A stretch of DNA of 64,000 nt from an uncultured bacterium (GCA_905339405.1 CAJPGC010000034.1:3052-67051); one strand, 5' to 3'; positions 36,383-46,012 are shown, numbered from the stretch's first letter. Program-made: numbers and translations. The notes: generated from the sequence alone by a model not told the origin.

Positions 36383-37582
36383 ATGAAAAGCCTCTTCAAG
36401 GGCGTTCTGTTCGCGTCCGCTGCGCTTTTGCTCGGCGCGGGCTGCGCCAAGCCTGTAGTGAAGTGCCCGTCCCCAGGGGACAGCCCTCAGCACCATTACA
36501 TTGCGGGCATGGAGCTCCTCGAGCAGGGAAGCCTTGAGGAGGCCGCCTCGAAGTTCGAGCGGGCCTCTTTTTGCGACGGGGAATACGGCCCGGCCCACGC
36601 CGGAGCCGCTCTCGCGGCCGTATTGAAGGCAAAGGAAGTAGCTGACCCTGATTACAGGAAGATAGACCTTGAAAAGGCCGCCGAGCGAATGAAGGCCGCC
36701 TGGAAGAATTCCAGGACCCCTGAAGACAAGGCCGCCTATCATCTCGCGTCAATGCGCATGGAGACCGCCCTCAAGCAAGGTGACTGGCTCGAAGGGGTTG
36801 AAGACGCCAAAAAAGCCGCCGTAAAGCTCGATACAGACGAGGAGAAGTTCCTTTATTACAAGGTGCCGGAGGCGGCCGATTATTTCATGGGCAGAGCGTA
36901 CCTCGAGGCCGGGGAGTTCCAGAAGTCGAGGGACAGCTTCGGCGCTGTCTTGAACGCCCGTTCTTCGGGCAAGTGGCACGGCGCTGCCGACAAGGCGTGG
37001 AAGCGGACCGACAAGGTCGTAAGGGCGCTTTCCGGCATGACCCTCGGGGACGCAGGAAAGAGGATAGCGGTGCAGGAGAGCGTCACCAGGGCCGAGATGT
37101 CCGCGCTCCTCGTCGACGAGCTTAAAATAGATAAACTCTTCGCCGGACGCATTCCTGCAAAGCCCAGGGACGGCGGTTTCGTCCCCATGGACCTCAACTC
37201 AAGCCCGTTCAGGGAAGAGGCCGCTACCCTCATTAAATGGAACGTCCGGGGGCTCGAGCCCTCGTATGACGCTTCAACGAGGGCGTACCTCTTCAGGCCG
37301 GAGGAGCCCGTGAAGAGAAAAGAACTCGCGATGGTCCTCGAGGACGTTGTCGTGAAGCTCACCGGAGACGAAGGCGCCTCTTCGGCCTTCCTGGGCCACC
37401 GTGCTTCGCCGTTCCCGGACATAGAGCCGACTTCGGCGTGGTATAACGCCACAATGAGCGTGACCACGAGGAACATGATGGAAACGGAACTTACAGGCGA
37501 GTTCAGGCCGGATGACGTGGTCGACGGCGCTGAAGCCGTCATGGCGATAAGGGCGTTGAAGTACAGGCTGAACATCAATTAG
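36383..37582 (+). CDS. Lipoprotein with N-terminal TPR-like helical domain and C-terminal SLH-like repeats
   Basis: Lipobox LGAGCA. TPR-like helices. Three SLH-like motifs (VTRAEMSALLVDEL, VKRKELAMVLEDVV, DVVDGAEAVMAIRAL). Confidence 0.45.
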   Translation: MKSLFKGVLFASAALLLGAGCAKPVVKCPSPGDSPQHHYIAGMELLEQGSLEEAASKFERASFCDGEYGPAHAGAALAAVLKAKEVADPDYRKIDLEKAAERMKAAWKNSRTPEDKAAYHLASMRMETALKQGDWLEGVEDAKKAAVKLDTDEEKFLYYKVPEAADYFMGRAYLEAGEFQKSRDSFGAVLNARSSGKWHGAADKAWKRTDKVVRALSGMTLGDAGKRIAVQESVTRAEMSALLVDELKIDKLFAGRIPAKPRDGGFVPMDLNSSPFREEAATLIKWNVRGLEPSYDASTRAYLFRPEEPVKRKELAMVLEDVVVKLTGDEGASSAFLGHRASPFPDIEPTSAWYNATMSVTTRNMMETELTGEFRPDDVVDGAEAVMAIRALKYRLNIN

Positions 37583-37596
37583 CCAGGAGGCTTGCA

Positions 37597-38412
37597 ATGA
37601 GAAAACTCCTTCTTTTAACGCTCCTTTTCCTCCTTGCGGCTTTTCCTGCGCACGGCGAAACTCCCCGGGAGACCAGGGACGCCAATGAGGCCTTCGTGAA
37701 CGGAGCCATAGTCGTCAAGGGCGAAGGCGCTTCCCCGCAGGGCTTTTTCACCGTCGCGCAAAAAAGGATAATGGCCCTGAGGGCGGCAAAGGCTGGCGCG
37801 TTCAGGGAGACGGCGGAGATACTCGACGGCGTGACAGTCTCGGGCGAGACGACGGTGCTGAACGCCTCCGCGGAATCGGACGTCGTCAGGACGAGCGCGG
37901 AAGGCATAGTGAAGGGCGCAACCGTTGTAAAAGAAGAGTACGACCCTGTAACCGGCATTGCGGCAGTATACCTTTCAGTGCCTATGCAGGGGGTGGCGGC
38001 GGCCCTTGTTCCGCAGTTCTCAGGCATGGTCTCGGCTGTCCCGGCATATTCCCCGGGGATGAACGCTTCCACTGCAGGCTACGACGGGCTAATAGTAGAC
38101 GTACGCGGCCTCAAGTTCAAGCCGGCCCTTTTCAACAGGGTCCTTTCCAAGAACGGCGAAGCCCTTTTCGACCCTGCCAGGACAGGGCAGGGCGCATCCG
38201 GCGGAGCGATGGCCGCGTACACCAACAGCCTGACAGACGCGAGGGCCATCCTTACCAAAAAGGGCTCGGCAAACCCGCTTGTCGTCAAGGCCTCGGCGGT
38301 GGCGGCGTCGACCGACGCCGAGCTCGGCCCCATTGAGGCGGCCGCGGTCTTCTATTCCAACCAGAACCCCAGGTTCCTCGAGGCGGCCAAAGTGGTTTTC
38401 GTCCTCGATTGA
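37597..38412 (+). CDS. LPP20/FlgP-like secreted protein
   Basis: Signal peptide. AQKRIMALRAAKAGAFRETAEIL is an LPP20-like motif. Ala/Gly-rich. Confidence 0.5.
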   Translation: MRKLLLLTLLFLLAAFPAHGETPRETRDANEAFVNGAIVVKGEGASPQGFFTVAQKRIMALRAAKAGAFRETAEILDGVTVSGETTVLNASAESDVVRTSAEGIVKGATVVKEEYDPVTGIAAVYLSVPMQGVAAALVPQFSGMVSAVPAYSPGMNASTAGYDGLIVDVRGLKFKPALFNRVLSKNGEALFDPARTGQGASGGAMAAYTNSLTDARAILTKKGSANPLVVKASAVAASTDAELGPIEAAAVFYSNQNPRFLEAAKVVFVLD

Positions 38413-38448
38413 GTCCGCGTAAATAATCAAAACTCCAGGGAGGCATGC

Positions 38449-39180
38449 GTGAAAAAGCTCGGGGCACTATTGTTTCTGGCAACTCTTTTTACCGCGTCAA
38501 ACGCCTTCGCCGTCGTCGACGTCGAAGGCAGGTACTGGCTTACCACCATGGACGACGAGATCAGATCAGGGGCCTCGGGGACGGACATCAACCTGGTCGA
38601 CGACCTCAGGGTCGACGACAAGGAGAACTTTTTCGATTTGAGGGCCACCCTCGAGCTCGGCAGCCACAAGCTCCGCTACGGGTATATGCCCTTGAGCTGG
38701 GAAGGGGCAACTACTACCGGCGCTCCCATTAACTTCGGAGGCGTGGTCTTCCCTGCGGCTGCCACGAGCACGAAACTCGACATCGACTACCACCGCCTCG
38801 GCTACGAATACGATATAATAGATACTTTGAACAACCGTCTCGGGGTCATATTCGAGATAAAATACTTTGACATCGACGCGAGCCTCTCTTCTCCAGGCCT
38901 CGCACAGACCGCGAGCGTGAAGGCCCCTGTGCCCACTATTGGGGTTGCCGCCCAGGTAGGGCTGCCCTTCCTTCTGAGCGTCGGTGGAGAGGTCACCGGT
39001 ATAAGCCTCGGCTCGGCTGCCTGGCTCGTTGACGCTGAAGCCGGCGTGAACTTCAAGCCAGCTCCTTTCGTGGTCGTCTCTGGCGGGTACAGGCTCCTGA
39101 AGTTCCATTTCGATTATGACGACGACCTTGTAGATATTTCGGTCAACGGGCCGTTCGTCATGCTGAGGGCCGATTTCTGA
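38449..39180 (+). CDS. Outer-membrane beta-barrel protein
   Basis: Signal peptide ...SNAFAVV. Alternating strands. C-terminal ...FVMLRADF. Confidence 0.5.
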   Translation: MKKLGALLFLATLFTASNAFAVVDVEGRYWLTTMDDEIRSGASGTDINLVDDLRVDDKENFFDLRATLELGSHKLRYGYMPLSWEGATTTGAPINFGGVVFPAAATSTKLDIDYHRLGYEYDIIDTLNNRLGVIFEIKYFDIDASLSSPGLAQTASVKAPVPTIGVAAQVGLPFLLSVGGEVTGISLGSAAWLVDAEAGVNFKPAPFVVVSGGYRLLKFHFDYDDDLVDISVNGPFVMLRADF

Positions 39181-39190
39181 AGCCGAGTTG

Positions 39191-39240
39191 TACAGAGGGA
39201 GCCACTTGTGGGCTCCCTCTGTGAATTTGTTCATTTTCAT
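39191..39240 (+). terminator. Intrinsic terminator after the lipoprotein/OMP cluster
   Basis: cagagggagccacttgtgggctccctctg hairpin followed by a T-rich tract. Confidence 0.55.
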
Positions 39241-39358
39241 GCCTGAAACTATCCATCTGCTTTGTCAGGGCTGCGGGTCTGAATCCTCACATACTTCAAA
39301 GTATGTGAGGTTCAGCCCCTTGCCCTTCCTTGCATCTTGATGTTTCGAGGCATGAAGT
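39236..39358. repeat. MITE-like element (ttcatgcct...aggcatgaa terminal inverted repeats; shares the ccatctgctttgt block with 21801/23721 copies)
   Basis: ttttcatgcctgaaactatccatctgctttgtcagg...gaatcctcacatacttcaaagtatgtgaggttcag...tttcgaggcatgaag. Confidence 0.5.
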
Positions 39359-39815
39359 AATATAACCAGCTAAATACCGGCGTTTTCTTCAAAAAAGGTC
39401 CTCTCAAGAACTCTCAGGGCTTTTGAAAGGCACGTTTCCCGTCATCTCGTCTGGTTTCCCCGTTTACAGCTAGCACCCTGATTTTTGCTTTTTTGCATCC
39501 TGGCCAGTGTGACCCGGGGCGGGCGTCCTGTTTTTGATATAACCTTTTAGAAGGAGTTCCCTGAGCGGAAGCGGGCTGTATGCGGCTGGTCAATTGGGCA
39601 GGCTTTTATAGAATATTTTTGATTTTGGAATGATTATGGTTTATAAATAAGAATTTCATGTCAGAGGGGCCCCCTTTTTGGCGGGGCAGGGTTAAAGTGT
39701 CAAGGCGGCGCGCCGGACGGCCGATGAGTCTGAATGGCCGCCAATTCGCTTGCGTGTGGCCATGTGTTCAATTCAGGAAGCCGTGAAGTAAAGCCCTAAA
39801 AGGGTTCGGAGAGAA

Positions 39816-40880
39816 ATGAAGCCCAGAATATTAGCGGTAGACGACGACGAGAGGAACCTGGCGCTCCTTACCGCCAAGCTCGAGCGGGAAGGCTATGAGC
39901 TCGACACGGCCAGGAACGGCGTTGAAGCGCTCCAGAAGGTAGCCGTTTTCCTTCCCGACCTCATCATAATGGACGTCATGATGCCCCAGATGGACGGCTA
40001 TGAGGCATTAAGGCACCTGAAATCGAGGGAAGAGACCAGGTACATCCCCGTCATAATGCTGACCGGCAGGGCTGAGATAGAAGACAAGGTCCTGGGCTTC
40101 GAGGTAGGGGCCGAGGATTACATCAACAAGCCTTACAGCCTTCAGGAGGTCGCGGCCCGTGTAAAGTCGCTCCTTCGCATGCGCTCTCTGCAGACCAAGC
40201 TCCGCGAGACAGAGAAGGTCGCAGCGCTCGGCGAGATGGTCGACGGCATAGCCCACGAGATAAGAAACCCCCTTACCGCAATAGGCGGCATGGCCAGGCG
40301 TCTCTATGAGGGAGAGGCGGACCCGCAGCACAAGGAGTACGCCCAGTGGATAATAAGGTCGGTCGAGCGGCTCGAGAGAATGCTCCAGAGGATAGACGAA
40401 TATAAGAGGATACTCGTCTCCACCCTGTCGAAGGGCGACATAAATATGGCGGTGGAGGCCGCCGTAAAGGACGTAAAGGACTTCATAGATGGCCACGGAA
40501 AGCAGATATCCGTGAAGATGAGCCTCATGCCAGAGCCTCCGCCGGTGAACTATGATTACGGCAACATGAAGACCGCCCTCCTCAACATCCTCCAGAACTC
40601 GGTGGAGGCGATAATGGGGGAGGGCGCGATAACCGTCGAGACGCTCCCGATGGCTGACGAGACGATAGCCATAAGGGTGACGGACACAGGCATAGGCATG
40701 GAAAAAGAGGAGATAAGGAAGATATTCAACCCCTTCCAGTCTACCAAGTTCGAGGGTGCCGGGCTGGGACTGACGATAACCTACAGGATTATACAGGACC
40801 ACGGCGGGGAGATAGAGGTTGAGAGCACAAAGGGCTCCGGCACGGCAGTCACGGTGAGGCTCCATCCCGCCAAGCAATAA
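39816..40880 (+). CDS. Hybrid response-regulator receiver / histidine kinase (REC-HisKA-HATPase)
   Basis: REC with D-D...K pattern (ILAVDDDERN, MDVMMP). H-box HEIRNPLTAI. G-boxes DTGIGM and GAGLGL. Confidence 0.8.
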   Translation: MKPRILAVDDDERNLALLTAKLEREGYELDTARNGVEALQKVAVFLPDLIIMDVMMPQMDGYEALRHLKSREETRYIPVIMLTGRAEIEDKVLGFEVGAEDYINKPYSLQEVAARVKSLLRMRSLQTKLRETEKVAALGEMVDGIAHEIRNPLTAIGGMARRLYEGEADPQHKEYAQWIIRSVERLERMLQRIDEYKRILVSTLSKGDINMAVEAAVKDVKDFIDGHGKQISVKMSLMPEPPPVNYDYGNMKTALLNILQNSVEAIMGEGAITVETLPMADETIAIRVTDTGIGMEKEEIRKIFNPFQSTKFEGAGLGLTITYRIIQDHGGEIEVESTKGSGTAVTVRLHPAKQ

Positions 40881-40892
40881 ATCTCTGGTTTT

Positions 40893-42485
40893 TCAGATTG
40901 TTACGACTGTATCCTTAAGGAACTTCTCATCGCGTTCTGGATAGTCGGTGTTGTAATGTAGCCCGCGCGATTCCTTTCTCTGGCGGGCTGATTTTATTAT
41001 GAGTTCGGCGACGGTTGCGATGTTGCGCAGCTCGACCAGGTTGCTCGTTATGGTGAAGTCCCAGTAGTACTCGTTTATCTCGTTCTTCAGGAGGTTTATC
41101 CTCCGCTCGGCCCTCTCCAGGCGCTTGTCCGTCCTTACTATGCCAACGTAGTTCCACATGAAACGGCGTATCTCGTCCCAGTTCTGGGTTATGACCACGG
41201 CCTCTTCGCTCACGACGGCACCGCCGGTCTGCCAGGCCGGGATGGCCGGGACCCCGGCCTTTTCAGCCCTGACCATATTGACCGCGTGATTTGATGCCCG
41301 TTCAGCGAATACCAGTGCTTCCAGCAGAGAGTTGGAGGCGAGCCTGTTAGCGCCGTGCAGGCCGGTGCAGGCCGTCTCTCCAATAGCGTAGAGGCCCTTG
41401 ACGCTGGTTTGGCCGTCGGCGTCGGTTTTGACCCCGCCGCAGGTGTAATGCGCGGCCGGCACCACCGGGAGCGGCTCTTTTGTCATGTCGAAGCCGAATT
41501 CCATGCATTTGGCGTATATGTTCGGGAACCTGTCCCTGACGAAGCTCGCGGGCTTGTCCGTAATGTCGAGGTAGACGCAGTCGTCTCCGCTTTTTTTGAG
41601 CTCGCTGTCTATTGCCCTGGCTACTATGTCCCTGGGAGCGAGGTCGGCCATGGGGTGGTGGGCCTTCATGAAGGCCGTCCCGTCCTTGAGGCGCAGCACC
41701 GCTCCTTCGCCGCGCACCGCCTCTGATATGAGGAAGCTCTTGGCCCTGGAATGGTACAGGCAGGTCGGGTGGAACTGGATGAACTCCATGTTCGCTATCT
41801 TCGCGCCGACCCTGTAGCTCATGGCTATGCCGTCGCCGGTGGCAATGTCCGGGTTGCTGGTATAAAGGTACACTTTCCCGGCCCCGCCGGTTGCGAGCAC
41901 GGTCGCCTTCGAAAGGAATGTATGTACCAACCCGGTCTCCTTGTCGAGGGCGTACGCCCCCCAGACAGATTCCTGTCCGGAGGAGGCCACGAACTTGGAG
42001 TGGGAGATGAGGTCTACCGCGATGTGGTTCTCGTAAACGGTTATGTTGGGGTTGGACCTTACGGCGTCGACCAGCGCCTGCTCCACGGCCCGGCCAGTGA
42101 GGTCCTCGGCGTGGACGATCCTCCTCTTGGAATGGCCTCCTTCCTTGCCGAGGTCGAGCCCGGCCCCCTTGCCGGACCTCTCGGAGAACTTCACCCCGAG
42201 CTCGATGAGCTCGTTTATCCTCGCTGGGCCGTCCTTTACGACCATCTCGACGATATCAGTGTCGCACAGGCCAGCTCCGGCGTAGAGGGTGTCTTTGATG
42301 TGCGCCTCGAAGGTGTCCTCCTCGCTCAAGACAGAGGCTATGCCGCCCTGTGCATAAAACGTCGCTGATTCCGCTATGTTCCGTTTGGTCAAAAGCGCGA
42401 CGCGGCCGCTTCTGGCCGCTTTCAGGGCGAAGTCGAGGCCGGCTATGCCGCTTCCTATGACGAGGAAATCGGACCTTACTTCCAA
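40893..42485 (-). CDS. nadB: L-aspartate oxidase
   Basis: FAD motif DFLVIGSGIAGL. Fumarate reductase/succinate dehydrogenase flavoprotein-family blocks. 530 aa. Confidence 0.9.
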   Translation of the reverse strand: MEVRSDFLVIGSGIAGLDFALKAARSGRVALLTKRNIAESATFYAQGGIASVLSEEDTFEAHIKDTLYAGAGLCDTDIVEMVVKDGPARINELIELGVKFSERSGKGAGLDLGKEGGHSKRRIVHAEDLTGRAVEQALVDAVRSNPNITVYENHIAVDLISHSKFVASSGQESVWGAYALDKETGLVHTFLSKATVLATGGAGKVYLYTSNPDIATGDGIAMSYRVGAKIANMEFIQFHPTCLYHSRAKSFLISEAVRGEGAVLRLKDGTAFMKAHHPMADLAPRDIVARAIDSELKKSGDDCVYLDITDKPASFVRDRFPNIYAKCMEFGFDMTKEPLPVVPAAHYTCGGVKTDADGQTSVKGLYAIGETACTGLHGANRLASNSLLEALVFAERASNHAVNMVRAEKAGVPAIPAWQTGGAVVSEEAVVITQNWDEIRRFMWNYVGIVRTDKRLERAERRINLLKNEINEYYWDFTITSNLVELRNIATVAELIIKSARQRKESRGLHYNTDYPERDEKFLKDTVVTI

Positions 42486-42745
42486 GGGGGGCTCCTTTAT
42501 GGTGAAAAAAACTAAATGTTCTGCAGGTTTGGACGATATGTGGAACAGCAGTAAAGATTAATGCAAGCCCCTGGTTTTGTCAATTTATAAATGAAATTCG
42601 GCGCGTGATGTGACAAAAAGTCCTTGCCCTTTTGGCACCTGCATTGTAGACTATCTCAAGGAATTCTGAAGGTTTGTAGCCCGAGGGGCACGCTTTTCAC
42701 CAGTCAGGCCTTTTCCCTCGCGCAACAGACCCCAGGCAAAACGCC

Positions 42746-43348
42746 ATGAAAAAAACGATAACCATAGCCTTTCTCATAACGGCTTTTTTCGCTGGCGCTT
42801 CCGGCGCCAGGGCCGACTTTTTCCAGTACACCGACGACGCCGGGGTTGTGCACATCACGAACGTCCCGACCTCCAAGAAGTACAAATGGATGATGGAGGA
42901 GAGAAGGCTTTCGGTCCTTTCCCCCATGAACCCGGCCTACAAGAAGATATCGAAGCAGAAGTTCGACGAGATGATAAGCAACGCGGCCGCCAGGTACGGC
43001 ATAGACCCGCACCTTGTGAGGGCCATCGTGAAGGCCGAGAGCGACTACGATGAAAAGGCCGTCTCCAAGAAGGGCGCGACCGGTCTCATGCAGCTAATGC
43101 CCGCCACTGCAACGAGGATGGGGGTTAAGAACATCCACGACCCCGAGGACAACGTCGAGGGCGGCATAAAGTACCTGTCCAAGCTCTTGAAGATGTTCGA
43201 CTGGCAGGTCCCGCTTGCCGTCGCGGCGTACAACGCCGGAGAGAACGCGGTCGTGAAGTACGGCAACAGGATACCGCCTTACAACGAGACGCAGACCTAC
43301 GTCAAGAGGGTGCTCCACTACTACAAAGATTACAAGGGCTCCGACTGA
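42746..43348 (+). CDS. Lytic transglycosylase (SLT domain) with N-terminal DUF4124-like region
   Basis: Signal peptide, FFQYTDDAGVVHITN, then SLT catalytic ESDYDEKAVSKKGATGLMQLMPATA...AYNAGEN. Confidence 0.8.
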   Translation: MKKTITIAFLITAFFAGASGARADFFQYTDDAGVVHITNVPTSKKYKWMMEERRLSVLSPMNPAYKKISKQKFDEMISNAAARYGIDPHLVRAIVKAESDYDEKAVSKKGATGLMQLMPATATRMGVKNIHDPEDNVEGGIKYLSKLLKMFDWQVPLAVAAYNAGENAVVKYGNRIPPYNETQTYVKRVLHYYKDYKGSD

Positions 43349-43911
43349 TGCGCACCTCAGGCGCCCTGAACCTCCCAAACAGCATATCCCTCATCAGGAT
43401 AGGCATGACCCCGGTCCTGGTGGTCATGCTCCTTTCGCCGGGGCCGACGATGTCGCTCGTGTCGGCGGTGATATTCGTGCTCGTGTGCGCCACCGACTGG
43501 CTTGACGGCTACATCGCCCGTAAAAAGGGCATAATAACCTCCCTGGGCAAGTTCCTCGACCCGCTGGCCGACAAGCTCCTCATTACCGCGGCTTTCATCA
43601 TGCTCATCCCGCTCGGCAGGGTGCCTGCCTGGGTCGTGGCTTTGATGATAGGCAGGGAGATAGCCGTGACCGGGCTGAGGGCCATAGCGGTCGACTCCGG
43701 AGTGGTAATAGCGGCAAGCCAGCTCGGCAAGCTCAAGACCGTCGCCCAGATAGTCTGCCTCGTGCCCCTCATAGTCCACTACCCCTGGGGCGGAGTGGAC
43801 TTCCAGGCCATTGGGACAGTCCTCCTTTACGCCGCCTTCGCCCTTACGATGTGGTCGGGCCTCGACTATTTCCTCGGTTTTTTCAGGGCCGGCGCTTCTT
43901 CTCAAAATTGA
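43348..43911 (+). CDS. pgsA: CDP-diacylglycerol--glycerol-3-phosphate 3-phosphatidyltransferase
   Basis: CDP-alcohol phosphatidyltransferase motif DWLDGYIARKKGIITSLGKFLDPLADKLL. Confidence 0.85.
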   Translation: MRTSGALNLPNSISLIRIGMTPVLVVMLLSPGPTMSLVSAVIFVLVCATDWLDGYIARKKGIITSLGKFLDPLADKLLITAAFIMLIPLGRVPAWVVALMIGREIAVTGLRAIAVDSGVVIAASQLGKLKTVAQIVCLVPLIVHYPWGGVDFQAIGTVLLYAAFALTMWSGLDYFLGFFRAGASSQN

Positions 43912-44015
43912 CAAAAACCTCCCGGCAGGGTAGAATCCTTCAATCCCCGCGCATCCTGAATCCGCATCCTGAAACCTTGTCCTTCTAAATCCAAGAGGGC
44001 TATGGGTTCTCCTTT

Positions 44016-45965
44016 ATGCGCCTCAAGCTTTCCAACAGTTTCATATTCCTCATAGGCGCCGTCCTCCTGGCCGGCATCACAACCCTCTTTTTTTTCGATT
44101 ACAGGTCCGACACCCTGCTCCTCGAGGAGATGGGCGTCGGAGAAGCGAGGAAGCTCGCCAACGCCATTTTCGATCAATTGCATACCTCGATGAGGCTCGG
44201 CGGAGGCCGTCTCGAGAACCGGGCGATAATGGAACGGTTCAGGAAGATAGAGGGCATAGAGGAGATACGGGTAATCCACGGCTCCGCCGTTGACAGCGAG
44301 TACGGCATGGAAGATGACGAGCTCCCGGTCGACGCCCTCGACAGGGCCGCCCTCGGCGGCAGCCAGCCTGAAAGCGTGACCAGGTCTCCGTCCGGGTACA
44401 AGGTCGCCAGGACGGTCATGCCTTTCCTGTACGATAAAAGCTGCATGAAGTGCCATTCCGGCAGGATAGGAGACGTCTCGGGCGCGGTCTCGGTGACCGT
44501 GTCGATGAAGGATTACGAGAGCATCATCTGGAGCCACAGGATAAAGTTCTTCGTCTGGGGCGGCGGCATACTGCTCGCGACTTCCCTTTCTGTCCTTTTG
44601 CTCGTCCACAGGAGGCTGCTGGAGCCGCTGGATAAGCTGAGGCGCGGGGCGGTGGAGCTGGCCCACGGCAGGTTCGACTACAGGGTGGGGATCGCCTCCG
44701 GTGACGAGTTCGAGGAGCTTGGCAAGGCGTTCGACGGCATGGCCGCCTCTCTGTCGGCAGTCTCCGAAGACCTCCGTGAGCTCGGCGGCAAGTACTCCAG
44801 GCTCGTTGACATGGCCGCGGATGCCATACTCCTGCGTGACCTGGAGACAGGGCTGTACTCCGAGGTGAACCAGGCCGCTCTCGTGCTCTCGGGCTACTCC
44901 CGCGACGAGCTTCTGGGCAAGGGCCCCAGGGACCTGTTCCCGCTCAATAAGCTCTCCGAGTACAACCTCGCGGTGCGCCGCTGGGTACATGACGAGAAGG
45001 GCTATCTCCATGACGCGATGGTCTTGAAGAAGGACGGCTTCCTGGTGCCGGTCGAGATAGCGGCATCCCTCATAGAGATAAAGGGCAGGCAGTACCTGCA
45101 GGAGATATGGAGGGACATATCCGAGAGGAAAGGGCTGGAGGAGACAATAAGGCGCCAAATCGGGGTCCTGGAGGAGATGGTCAAGGTGAGGACCTCCGAG
45201 CTCGGGAGCTCGGTAAAGGAGCTCGAGGAGGCGTACAGGAAGCTACAGAGCTCCGAGCAGATGCTCATTCAGTCGGCCAAGCTCATATCCCTGGGCGAGA
45301 TGGGCGCTGGCATCGCCCATGAGCTCAACAGCCCTCTTGCCGGGATACTCAGCATCACTGAAGTGCTCCTGTCCCGGACGTCTAAGGAAGACAGGAACTA
45401 CTTCCTTTTCGAGAAAATACGGGACGCCGCCGTAAGGTCCAAGTACATCATCCTCGACATGCTCACCTATTCCAGGCCCACGAGGGAAGGGTTCGCGCCC
45501 ATATACCTGAACGAGTGCATACGTGCCACGCTGACCATATTCACCTCTGAGGTAAAGACCAAATCCATCGAGATAGCCGAGAAGTTCGACCCCGAGCTCC
45601 CGAAGGTGCTGGGGAACAAGGGGCAGCTGATGGAAGTCGTCCTGAACATCCTGAAGAACGCCAGGGACGCCATGAGCGGGTCAGGGACGGTCTTCATATC
45701 GACTTCGGCGATCGAGGAGAACGGGAAGCCCTTTGCCGTGGCCGAGTTCAGGGACACCGGCACAGGCATACCTGACGGCGTGAAAGACCAGATTTTCGAC
45801 CCTTTTTTCACCACGAAGGAGAAGGGCGGCGGGCACAACATAGGCCTGGGGCTTTCGATATCGCACAGCATAATAAAGGAGCACGGCGGCAGGATAGAGG
45901 CGGCTAACAGCCCTGAAGGTGGAGCAGTCTTCCGCGTTTATCTACCTGTTTACATGGGCGGTTAA
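44016..45965 (+). CDS. Sensor histidine kinase with periplasmic heme-c (CxxCH) sensor domain, HAMP, PAS, HisKA and HATPase
   Basis: TM1, then a periplasmic domain containing CMKCH, then TM2, HAMP, PAS (LLRDLETGLYSEVN), H-box HELNSPL and G-boxes. Confidence 0.8.
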   Translation: MRLKLSNSFIFLIGAVLLAGITTLFFFDYRSDTLLLEEMGVGEARKLANAIFDQLHTSMRLGGGRLENRAIMERFRKIEGIEEIRVIHGSAVDSEYGMEDDELPVDALDRAALGGSQPESVTRSPSGYKVARTVMPFLYDKSCMKCHSGRIGDVSGAVSVTVSMKDYESIIWSHRIKFFVWGGGILLATSLSVLLLVHRRLLEPLDKLRRGAVELAHGRFDYRVGIASGDEFEELGKAFDGMAASLSAVSEDLRELGGKYSRLVDMAADAILLRDLETGLYSEVNQAALVLSGYSRDELLGKGPRDLFPLNKLSEYNLAVRRWVHDEKGYLHDAMVLKKDGFLVPVEIAASLIEIKGRQYLQEIWRDISERKGLEETIRRQIGVLEEMVKVRTSELGSSVKELEEAYRKLQSSEQMLIQSAKLISLGEMGAGIAHELNSPLAGILSITEVLLSRTSKEDRNYFLFEKIRDAAVRSKYIILDMLTYSRPTREGFAPIYLNECIRATLTIFTSEVKTKSIEIAEKFDPELPKVLGNKGQLMEVVLNILKNARDAMSGSGTVFISTSAIEENGKPFAVAEFRDTGTGIPDGVKDQIFDPFFTTKEKGGGHNIGLGLSISHSIIKEHGGRIEAANSPEGGAVFRVYLPVYMGG

Positions 45966-46012
45966 AAGCGCTTAAGGCTATTGGAAATGAGCCGATAAGA
46001 TAGGAGGTTCGA

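Noticed and set aside
39359-39815. Long AT-richer intergenic region upstream of the hybrid response regulator. It was searched for a tRNA, small RNA or CRISPR-like repeats.
   Set aside because: No cloverleaf-compatible sequence, no direct repeats with spacers, and no convincing ORF. It is probably a promoter/regulatory region.
42630-42660. TGGCAC-N5-TTGT sigma54-like box upstream of the lytic transglycosylase
   Set aside because: The -12 element is TTGT rather than TTGC. It is weak compared with the pilA promoter and there is no bEBP site nearby.
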